A stretch of DNA of 62,599 nt, the filler included, from Mytilus trossulus (lineage: Eukaryota), in the NCBI RefSeq assembly GCF_036588685.1. It is 2 parts of one record of this genome, joined end to end, with 100 filler letters (N's around TTAATTAATTAA, not from the genome) between each part and the next. Parts side by side here need not be neighbours in the genome. Positions count along the whole stretch, not along the records: positions 31,232 to 62,599 come from NC_086377.1; 1 more part is not named here. One strand, written 5' to 3'. Below the pieces are notes generated by a model. The model was not told the origin of the DNA. It worked only from the letters and a program-made list of their open reading frames with translations, and did not search any database. The translations under genes were made by a program, and so were the position numbers. How positions within the stretch are numbered: the stretch's first letter is position 1; every line of letters begins with the position of its first letter. Shown piece by piece: positions 52,499 through 62,599 of this stretch.

Positions 52499-55158
52499 TA
52501 ACACATTGGCATATATGATGATCTGTTAAAAGGGAAACCCAAACAATTGGATCCAAAAATTCGAAAGAAGCACAATGACATTAACGCCCAATTCTGTCAG
52601 TAGAACGAAATTAGAAACAATTATCACACAAGTGTGAGGTTTAGCTGGCTATAAAACCAGGTTGAACCAAAAATTTTCTATGGACAATGCCTGTTCAGAC
52701 TGGCAATTGTTTTTCACTAGTTCTGTTGAATAAAAGTGTTTGATTTTGGTAGCCTTTATGGAGTTCCCCTTTTTTTTAACTTGTCTTGTTGTTTGGTGTT
52801 TCTGCTATACTCTTTTATTGTACGATGGAGATTCTGAGAAATTTTAAGTAATTCTGATTGGGGGTATAGGAGAACTATATAGAAATGTGGTCGGTTATGT
52901 GCGGAAATGACAAAGTCCGTTTCGTTCCAAAGTAAAACTCCATAAAGAATTCAAATGGAGAAACGAAGAGAAGAAAGAGTTTAACAAATTCAGTTAAGCT
53001 GTAATGGGTAGTAGCGGATACAACATTTGAGCAGGATGACTGTATGTATTAAGACAAGATGTTCAACAATGGGTCAGTCTTTGCTCTGAATCGACTCGAA
53101 TATAAAAAAAATACTCTTAACAAGAGATCACAAATTTATGAAAATAAAATTCTTTTAAGTAAAAAAAAATATATATAAAATAAGTTAAAGGAAGAGATAC
53201 TCAAAGTTTTTATTTTTAGGAAATTAGAATATCAAAGCTAAGTAAAACGCAGCATTTCAAAATCACAATACAAATTTTGACTTTCGAATTATCAAGAGAC
53301 TATCATCGAACGACCACATTATCCGTTGTTACTCAAACAAATAAAAGAATAGAAACAGCTATAACTAGTTTCAACCCTTCACGATGTAACTGACTTGGCA
53401 CAGGTACACGGAAACGTTGCGGAATGGTTTTATTTCTGTTTATTTATTCTAAGATAGAGGTATATGAACAGCTATAACTATAGTTTACTTTGATTTGGTA
53501 ATTGACTTGGCACCATGTGCACGAAAACGTTGCGGAATGTATTCTTAGATTTGAGCATCTTCACTCGATGTTTAAGTTTTAATGTCCCTCTGGTATCTTT
53601 CAGCTTTATAAATTAACTTCTGTTTTCAGATATATTAAAAGTAATGTACACATAGATGTTATTATAAATAAACAAATTACAAATATGACAACACTTACCA
53701 TCTACGTACCAGAAATGCTGCATCAGAACAAAAGTTACAAAAAACCTAAGCATACTGAACTTTTCGGAATCAAAATTAAAACTAAACTGATTAACAGAGC
53801 AGCGCTGTAACAGATATGTAACGTAAATATCTTTATTAATTTTTAATGAACTGCCATTAGTCTGCTGTTTCAAAAATAATGGCATTGAAAACATATATAA
53901 GGTTGAATATTATATCATTATTCCACTGCATATAAATATTGATAGCTGAAGCAACATTTGAAATGGTTGAAAATGTTTCACCTGACGTTGAACACAACTT
54001 CATATTCACCTGTGAGTATCATATTCCCCTCTGAACATCGGGACTGTCTTGTGCGACGTTACACCCGATTAATGTATATAACGTTAAAAAAAAGAGATAA
54101 ATTTTGTTAAAAATAAAAAAAATATGAATAATTTTTGTTGATAGATGCTGATTATCATGTTTAAGTTATAAAACAAGCGGATTAAAAAATAGTTAATATT
54201 CTATTTCACAGGATGAACAAAAGGTATTGACGCATTCCGTTTCCATTCTCAATGTCAAAGGCAGTGGAATAAAACATTCCTTATCATTGAGTTGTAAATT
54301 TGTTCACCCTCGAAAAGTCATATTTCCATCCATCGATGTCCTGGTGAAATGTTTTTACTTTGTGTGAACACATCTTCATATATCAGAAACGATGCATTCT
54401 CCAATTTTCTTTTGCCAGTTTAGTCTACTCATTATGTCATCCGTCTGAATTTCGCTTTTAATTGTTTGTTGTTAGTGTTTTCAGGATCTAAGCTGACAAG
54501 ATGACGTCTTCTTCATTTATTTGTAACTTACAAATGATATCCCCCTTCCTGGTGTTAAGGGAGGTTCGAGGTCCTCGGTCTTCAGTAATCTATATTGTGT
54601 TTTGTAATTTGTTGTTTGACAAGATTACCAAGTGTTACACGGTATGTATGATAGATGGCATGTTTATTATTCAACATTGTCGGTACAACGTGTAGAAACA
54701 CGAAAAACACGTTCGACAAGAGACAAACGACGGGCATGTGATACTTACTCAATTGCCAATCTGTATCATAATATCGTGGTCTTAATATATATATGCCGTC
54801 GGTTTTGCATCAGTAATCTAATTGAAACCGCTTCATAATGAAAATCTTGATGTAAAAAAGGGGGGGTTGATTAATCAAATTAGGTAAATGAACATTAATT
54901 TACTGAACATAGTTTTTAGTTATGGCAATTTTGCCGCAAAAAACATCCTGTACGTTACCAATGCATTTTATTGATTTATTTAAGATCGAAAGAAATAAAC
55001 TTTCAGAGCATTACTGCTATATGATTGTGTAAGAAAGATAGAAAGGGTTAGTTTTGAAATGATTTACTTTGATGCAGACTCACATTTATATGTTGACACA
55101 AACATGGTTTAAACACAGTGATCAAGCATTCGTTACCTGCTGATATGACCTTAAATTA

Positions 55159-55216
55159 AGTGGTTAGGATTTCTGGTTTTCACCCAGACGACCGGATTCG
55201 ATTCCCGGCATCGGAG
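55159..55216 (+). pseudogene. tRNA-Glu(TTC) pseudogene, 5' end deleted
   Basis: Lacks TCCGATGTGGTCT; T stem mutated. Confidence 0.88.
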
Positions 55217-55545
55217 CTTTAGTTTTTGGTCATCTTCATTTTGTCACTGTTGTTGTAATATATGTCATTAGGAAAAAAAAAAATACAGATGAGAAGTGTA
55301 TTTAGTTTTCCGACTTTCAACTGACATGATAGGACATAGTTACATCATTCGATATTCATACATTTGTAATTGGCAATTTTGAAAAAAAAATGTACATGTA
55401 GTAGTTTGTCTGAATGTTGTAACGTATCACCACAATTAATTTCAAACAACCGTTCATTATTGTTAAGTATTGAACTTATACAACTATCCTCACTCTACAT
55501 TGCCAGTTGGTACTTTAGAAAGTGGCAAAGATAAGAAAAAAGAAA

Positions 55546-55713
55546 TGCATCGGCCGGGAATCGAACCCGGGCCGCCCGCGTGGCAGGCGAGCATTTTGTT
55601 GTAAGTTTTATTTAAATCTCACTTCTATATGCATTTCGAAGATAACAATTACACATATATAAAACGGGCCGCCCGCGTAGCAGGCAAGCCTTCTTCCACT
55701 GAACCACCGATGC
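55546..55713 (-). pseudogene. tRNA-Gly(GCC) pseudogene split by a 69-bp insertion with a 28-bp duplication
   Basis: 55568-55595 repeated at 55665-55692 around an AT-rich insert. Confidence 0.88.
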
Positions 55714-56818
55714 TAATAACACATGATGTCTAACTCGATCATAGTTGGACAGTACATGATTACCACGTGTTACATGGTATGTATGATTGATGTCATGTTT
55801 ATTATACAACATTGTCGGTACAACATGTAGAAACACGAAATACATGTTTGACAAGAGAAAATCGACGGGCATTGGTTTCATCTGTCTTGTGTTTGAATGT
55901 TTACGTATGAAACTATATTACTTAGATATATGAATATGGAACTCTGTTACAGGACGCCGACCTCCCTCTCTATAGGATTTGAAATACATTTCTTTTCCTT
56001 TCGTTAATTTGATCTTTTAATTTACCGATTAAAACCATGATTTCTTTCTTGTGTTTTTTTTTAAATAACCTTTTACTTCCACTTTAACTGACATTATAAG
56101 AAATGGACGATTGAAAAATATATATATTGTATCTACTAGTATATCATATTAGGTGTATGTATAGTCAATAATGATGTTTCAGACAGACAGACATGAACAT
56201 CTTAAAATCTTTCCTTAAAGGTTTAAATAGACAATATACGTATAGTGTCTTGAAATATTAGATTTATTTGTATGAGGCTTAGAAACGGGAAAATGCGAGG
56301 TTCTACCGAGCATTTTCCCGGTTCGTGCCGAATACAAATAAATTTCATATTTCAAGACACTTTACGTATATTGTTTTTAAACTGAAATCGATATAAAACA
56401 AAATGAAAAAAATGAAAAAAATATGCAACAAAAATTGTTATAAAAAGTGTTTGGAATTTCCCTCTTGGTGTACCATTTTGGGGTATTTCCCTATGAGCGT
56501 AGTCCAGGCGGTAAGAAATTGTCATTTTAAGGAATAAGAAAGGGAAAATGAAATCAATTAATAACATTTGATAAACATGGTATGTAAATAACCAACATGA
56601 AGACATAACAATTTTAAATTCATAAAAGTTTGACCATTGTTACTTTACGTTGTTATGGTCGTGACGTGACGTTGTTAATGAAATACAGTAGTTCCGGTAA
56701 GTAGGCGGGTCTCATAGGTTGGACTTGGCTATACTTTTTGGCTATACTTTTTGGACCTTTTGGATTATAGCTCTTCATCTTTTATATAAGCTTTGGATTT
56801 CAAATATTTTGGCCACGA

Positions 56819-56862
56819 GCATCACTGAAGAGACATGTATTGTCGAAATGCGCATCTGGTGC
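56819..56862 (+). ncRNA. Type I hammerhead ribozyme in a retrozyme-like repeat
   Basis: Stem I GCATCA/TGGTGC, core CTGAAGA, stem II GACA-TGTAT-TGTC, GAAA, palindromic stem III ATGCGCAT, AUC cleavage triplet ending at 56856. Confidence 0.85.
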
Positions 56863-58004
56863 AAGAAAATTGGTACCGTTAATGTTATTAGATGAGGTCA
56901 TTGACATATAAAGCTGACGTTTATACGTATAGCTTTATCTGTATAGTAAAACAGCTGATTGCAGTATAATGCACCATTATTACATTAGGAAATGTCTGCA
57001 TCAAGTAAGGAATATGGAAGTTGTTTTCAATTCGTTTGATTTGTTTGAGTGTTTGATTATGCCTTTTGAGAACGGACTTTCCCTTTTGAAACTTCCATGT
57101 AGTTCGACATTTTTTTTTATTTTACTTTTTAAAGGTAGTTTTTGATAAAATTTTAAGTCGTTTGCATGGTTCTATCAAAGACTTGGTGGTACTCAGTAGT
57201 GACTGGCACCTGTATGGCCATCAGCAATAAGAACAACTCATAATCAATAGTCAGCACTCAGACGAACTGACATAAATATGTGACACAGGCGTTACTTGGT
57301 GCAGTGATTATGTCGAAACGCGCGTCTGGCGTATTAAATTATGATCCTGGTACCTTTGATAACTATGTAACATTCCATGTGTCATAGCTTTAATCCCCTT
57401 CCAATTCACAAATATGACCTTTCGAATAAGTTTATTACCCGGGTGTAATAACATGAGAACACGACGGGTTCCACATGTGGATGAGGATGTACTTTCTCTC
57501 CCTGAAAACCTGATACCACCCCTAGTTTTTGACGGGGTATTGTTGCTTAGTCTTTGGTTTTCTATGTTGTGTCTTGTGGACTATTATTTGTCTGTTTGTC
57601 TTTAATAGCAATGACGTTGTCAGTTTATTTTCGATCTATGAGTTTGAATGTCCCTCTGGTATATTTCGCCCCTCTTTCACATCATAATAACAGGCTATAA
57701 ATGAAGGCAACAGTAGTATGCTGCTGTTCGAAACTTATAAATCGATAGAAAACCAAACAAATCCAGGTTTCAAACTAAAACTGAGAAAATGCATTTAATA
57801 TAACAGGAGAACAACGACACAACATTAAAATGTAACACACACAGAAACGAACTAAGCATTAGGCAAATTCCGATGAGAATAACAAATATAACATCAAAAC
57901 TAAATACAGGAATTTGGGATAGAAAAGTACCGTGACAAGTCTTCTAGTAATGTGAATTCACACTCAAATATATTAGGAAACAAACGACACAGCAGAAACA
58001 ACTT

Positions 58005-58500
58005 AACTAGAGTCTCTTAAGAGCCTGTGTCGCTCATCTTGGTCTATGTGCATATTAAAAAGGACACAGACGGATTTTTGAAAACATTGTGTTTTGGTGA
58101 TGGTGATGTGTTTGAAGTTCTTACTTTACTGAACGTTCTTGCTACTTACAATTATCTCTATCTATAATGCACTTTGCCTATTAGTAACAGAGGAAATTAT
58201 TTTGTAAAAATTTACAAAAAATAACCAAATTAATGTAAAAAAATTACTATAAAGGGTAATAACTCCTTAAGGGGGCAACTGACCGTTTTGGTCATGCTGA
58301 CCTATTTGTAGATCTTACTTTGCTAAACATTATTGCTGTTTACAGTGTATCTCTATCTATAATAGTATTCAAGATAATAACTAGAAACGGCAAAAATTCT
58401 TTAAAATATACCAATTGGGGGCAGCAACCCAACAACATGTTGTCCAAATCATCTGAAAATGTCAGAGCAGATAGATCTTTACTTGATAAACAATTTTACT
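58005..58500 (-). mobile_element. Partial HINE-like element with internal ~200-bp tandem repeats
   Basis: AACTAGAG-CTCTTAAGAG hairpin end; CTTACTTT-CT-AAC..TCTCTATCTATAAT repeated at ~58120 and ~58315. Confidence 0.5.
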
Positions 58501-58874
58501 CGATGTCAATCGGGAGACAAAATTTAATAAGAAACAAGGTGATGAATAATAGGCTTTTGAAATGAATTTCTACGTTATTTGTAAATAAATCAATCTAAAA
58601 GCTTGAAATAGGTTCCATTTTGTATTTTCCACATATTATGTTCATGTTATCTAATATATTAATTTATCTAAATGAAAATTTCAAATTCTTTTTGTGGTTT
58701 ATGCAAAAATATAACGATTTAAAAAAAAAGTGTTCTTCAATGTATAGGAAATACCAGGAAAAAAACTAGAAAAAATTATATATTATACAACATTTGTCCA
58801 AACTGTGCGTATCTTTCAATTTCGTATTTCCTTGTCTTTATAATGCGTAGTTATAATGTCAACTTCAAGCAAAT

Positions 58875-59615
58875 TTAAGACTTTCTTTCATACTTATCGG
58901 TTGCGTCCTGGATTTTCTGGATATACACATTTAATCGCCAATATGCATCTTGTTTTTTCTTTATGTCCTTGATTTCTCCAAGAACTCTTTCGTTCGTAAT
59001 GAGCAGACTGTTTAATAAATTTGGCAAAGAAATTTCAAAAATACTTTCAATCACCTTACCGTATTCAACACCGAACGAGTTTTCGAAACATTTCGTCAAA
59101 TCAGACAATGACATCTGTGTAAGACATTCATCATATATATTATCAACCAATTGGCGGTGAGATTTCGAACTGTCGAGCAAAACCTTAATCAAGAATATAG
59201 GATAAAACATCACAACAAGGAAAGTCGCGTATATAATTGTTGAAGGTAGAATCAAACGTCCAACCAAAAAGGTAGTAACGAAGTTACTGTATTGCACCCT
59301 TTCATTTTTTCCTGTCAGAGCGAACTCAATTTCCTGTACTCTAGTACCGACTTCTTTGACAAACAATCTGATTTTTGTGTCTGCATCTTCAATGATTAAT
59401 TTCACTTCATGTCCCCTGCACCATTGTTTAATTCCAGACTTAATCCGTGATCGCACTGCTTGCACAAGTGACAAGTACATGACGTTATTGATTTTTTCTT
59501 TACCAGGAGGATTTAAAATCTCTTCCCGTCCATCATCTGAACGTAGGTAAGCATACAACTTCTCCGTGAGAATTGCAATGGTCTCGGTTTTATGCATTTC
59601 TATTTCTGTTCTTTT
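58875..59615 (-). CDS. Terminal exon of a helical protein with a central hydrophobic segment (possibly the C-terminus of a dynamin/mitofusin-like GTPase)
   Basis: 246-codon open frame in AT-rich DNA; in-frame acceptor TTCACAG at 59616; coiled-coil-like ends flanking FVTTFLVGRLILPSTIIYATFLVVMFYPIFLIKVLL; family assignment is inference. Confidence 0.7.
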   Translation of the reverse strand, partial: KRTEIEMHKTETIAILTEKLYAYLRSDDGREEILNPPGKEKINNVMYLSLVQAVRSRIKSGIKQWCRGHEVKLIIEDADTKIRLFVKEVGTRVQEIEFALTGKNERVQYSNFVTTFLVGRLILPSTIIYATFLVVMFYPIFLIKVLLDSSKSHRQLVDNIYDECLTQMSLSDLTKCFENSFGVEYGKVIESIFEISLPNLLNSLLITNERVLGEIKDIKKKQDAYWRLNVYIQKIQDATDKYERKS

Positions 59616-60009
59616 CTGTGAATATGAATAAATACAGATATGATAAAATAAAAATTGATTTTTTAACTACTCTACGCTATACTGGAAATGTGTAGATTTT
59701 ATATTTTTTTTATCTGAAATTCTGAAATTTCTTATTTCTTTTGTTGTATTTTCTAATCAATAATTTCTGCGATAAACAGTTCCAGAGTTTAATCGAGATT
59801 GTTTGGCTATGTTCATATTTTTGGGAATTACTTCTCTTTTCACAGTCCCATTTAGATTACGAAGAGATATCGTCCGCTTTGTAAAAAGAAAGATTAGAGA
59901 TCCCTTTCTCCAAGATTTCAAGATTTCAAGATTTATTGATAACGCTCAGACACATAAATGTGTAATACATAAACAATTGAAAAACGAAATGAGCATGCAG
60001 TACTCTAAC

Positions 60010-60740
60010 CACATAGACATATATTTGTAAATATTTAAGAATAAACAATCAATTTTCTTAATAAAAAATATCAATCGTTTGTAAACTTTCATCTTACATA
60101 TGGACAATAATCCTTCCAATTTAATGTATTGCGAAGTAATAGTATATATATCTAGGTAAGTATTGATTTCTATAATTAACAATAAAATCATGTTGACATA
60201 CAAATAAAACATGATATTCATCCCCAAAAAAATTATGACATAAAGTACATATTCTCTCTGGTCTATGTACATTTTGCCAACGGCCTGTCTCGATTGGAAT
60301 ACGCAAGTTCGATGTCCTTAATTTAGTTACCCACCCTCTGATCGGTTCAGATAGTCTGATCAGATATTTTTCTAGTTCAAAGTTCTTTTGAAATGTCCCA
60401 TAAAATTGTCCCCGAGATGAATTTTCTATATCGCCAAACCAGGAATTAATAAACTGATCACACGATATTCGATCGAGATAATTTTTATAATAGAAGTCTG
60501 TACAAAGAACTAGTGAGTTAACTTCTATTATTTACAACTTTACACCAATACAAAATAATTCTACATTTCACTCGAATTTGCAGATGAAATCTTCACAATT
60601 CTCCATACATCATAAAATTGGGTGTAGTATTTCGAACTTTTAAAATTCTTTTGAAAAATTTCGATTGCATCTGTTCAATAAATTTTCAAATTCTCAAAAC
60701 CCCAAACTTCAGAACCATATAAAAAAATTGGTAATCACAA
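60010..60740 (-). mobile_element. Decayed 3' fragment of a non-LTR retrotransposon ORF2 (RTE-X/CR1-group-like)
   Basis: LPIFLYGSEVWGFE..., TTPNFMMYGE and IPIETGRW...RICTLC...GDEYHVLFVC motifs with frameshifts. Confidence 0.75.
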
Positions 60741-62599
60741 TACATGAATGACGATACGCTTTGATAAAAAAAATGTGCCGCATATTATTCACCATCAATC
60801 TATCTTTTTTTAAGTATTTACTTTCCTGTTATTTCTAGGTTCTTAAGTTAACGCAGAGACATGTCACTTTGTATTTCTAGTTAACGACATCAACTATATA
60901 AAGAACTGAATCTTATGGGACTTACCGTTCATCTCTGTCTTCTGTTTTATGTTTTGTTTTTCTTTTGGTAGGAACATAAACTTTGTTAGATATGTTTGGG
61001 GTTTTTTTGGGGGGGGAGGGGGAGATGGCGTGCTTGAGGTCAAGTCTATCGAAAGTTACAAAAGAGGGACGAAAGATATCAAAGGGACAGTCAAACTCAT
61101 AAATCCAAAACAAACAGACAACGCCATGGCTTAAAAATAAAATAAGAGCGTTTTTTAATGAATTTACAAAAAATAATTCTGTTCGTTGATGAAGTTTTCT
61201 TTTCTTTTTCAGTTAAGTGATTTAAATTGAAAAATTTTGTGAAAATTTAAATCGTTCCGGCAATACACCATCAGAGACTCCTCTAAAATCTTGATTAGTC
61301 ATACACTACAATCATTAACATTTTCTTTGCATTTATACATTCAGTATTGGTAGTAAATAACCTGAACATTTACCGATATAACAGAGCTACTTGTATATCA
61401 CCTGTATGTGGTTAGGTGTCGTCCTATAAGGTCTTACGTATACAGTTTCACATTTATAGTGGTTTCTGATATAACAAATTTAATGACATTCACACTTCTT
61501 CATTTTTGTATACCACATTCGTATCTTATTTTCAGAAATTTAAGTAATTATCTTCCAGGAAAAATATTGAGGATCAAAGTATCAGTTTAATTTCGAGATG
61601 TTTTTCTTTCTTGGTATTTGATAACAGTAATTTAAAGATTACAAACTGCTTGTCCGCTTTGGGAGTATTCTTGTCAGTTAAAACAGCTAAACTTATAATT
61701 ATATGTATATATATGTTGTGTACAAGATGTAAGTTTGTACAAGTTATAATTTGTACAGGGTTTTTGTACAAGTTATAAGTTTTTTTACACCTACCTTCTT
61801 GCAAAAGGTGATACAGGTTTAACTTATAAACTGTACCAGTGTAATGTTTTAAATTAAAAACAAAATACTTCAACCTAACATTTAGTGCTATTCTCCTTGT
61901 CTTCAAACTGGAAATGAGGATATCTGTATGGTTTAAATTCTATTTTTAATATTTTCCTTATACCATATTCATATCCATACAAAATCTTTGTGTGGTCTCA
62001 TAATGTTTCAATGCTATTTATTAGACTGTATCATGAAGTTGTGAAATTATAACAGAAATATCCGAGGCAAAAGACTGTGTGCTTGCATCGTCCATTTTTG
62101 TTCAGCAGGTCATAAAATACTGATAACTTGTACACAAAATCTGTACAAATTATAACTTGAACAACATTACAACTTGCACACCTCATATATATATATATAT
62201 ATGTCTTTAGTATAGACATGGTTTATAAATGAATTATAAATCCTGCAAAAGGTACAATATATTAAACACATTAAAAAATGATTCCACCGGTCTGCCTGCA
62301 TTCAAAAATAAGGAAAATTGACGCTAAATTGAATTGTCTTCTCTTTTTTTTTTACATCGTTGGACAAATACCTAAAGTTGTGAGACTTGAAATAGTTTAA
62401 TAAGGACATTCCCAATTACATCATTTCTTTATGTTTTTTCACACATGAAAAGATTATGTTTTCGTATTTATCGATTTAATGCAAGAAGGACCTTAAATTT
62501 CATACGAGTCAAATTGTTAAACTCTTTTTCCAAATAGCTGATGTATTTAAACGTTTTTAGATTTGAAATATTACGATGACAACATTAATTCCCGAATAT

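Larger units (their letters stand above)
54623..55963. repeat. Diverged orphan copy of the tRNA array unit (~1.2 units) plus the array's right flank
   Basis: Colinear with the unit but with many substitutions and indels; 55882-55963 matches 28316-28398. Confidence 0.92.

Noticed and set aside
47127-54500. Scattered 60-115 aa ORFs and short local duplications (e.g. ~53350/53465 and ~48835/49505)
   Set aside because: Low-complexity AT-rich translations and ordinary repeat fragments with no support for function.
55596-55664. Possible intron in tRNA-Gly
   Set aside because: Not at the canonical 37/38 position, flanked by a 28-bp duplication, and the 5' part of the gene is mutated.

Overview
AT-rich eukaryotic genomic DNA, probably a bivalve mollusc such as Mytilus (inferred from recalled repeat families, not verified). 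(1) 1-28284 is a nearly homogeneous 1104-bp tandem array. Each unit has a + strand tRNA-Glu(TTC) and a convergent - strand tRNA-Gly(GCC); about 26 copies of each are visible, and the array is interrupted by an N gap. (2) 32134-43860 is an 11.7-kb non-autonomous Foldback-type DNA transposon with a 9-bp TSD. Its multi-kb inverted arms are tandem ~330-bp units that each rebuild a tail-to-head junction of the element's own termini. Nested inside are a Helentron-type non-autonomous element and a 4.1-kb Gypsy-like LTR element (172-bp LTRs, tRNA-Leu PBS, PPT, 4-bp TSD) encoding Gag and protease but no RT/RNaseH/integrase core. (3) 45.1-46.8 kb is a disrupted class A GPCR with a long N-terminal region. 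(4) 54.6-56.0 kb is a decayed orphan copy of the tRNA unit plus the array's right flank. (5) 56.8 kb holds an intact type I hammerhead ribozyme in a retrozyme-like repeat, with decayed relatives elsewhere. (6) 58.9-59.6 kb is the last exon of a - strand gene, with a LINE remnant upstream. MITEs, a SINE, minisatellites and two assembly gaps make up the rest.
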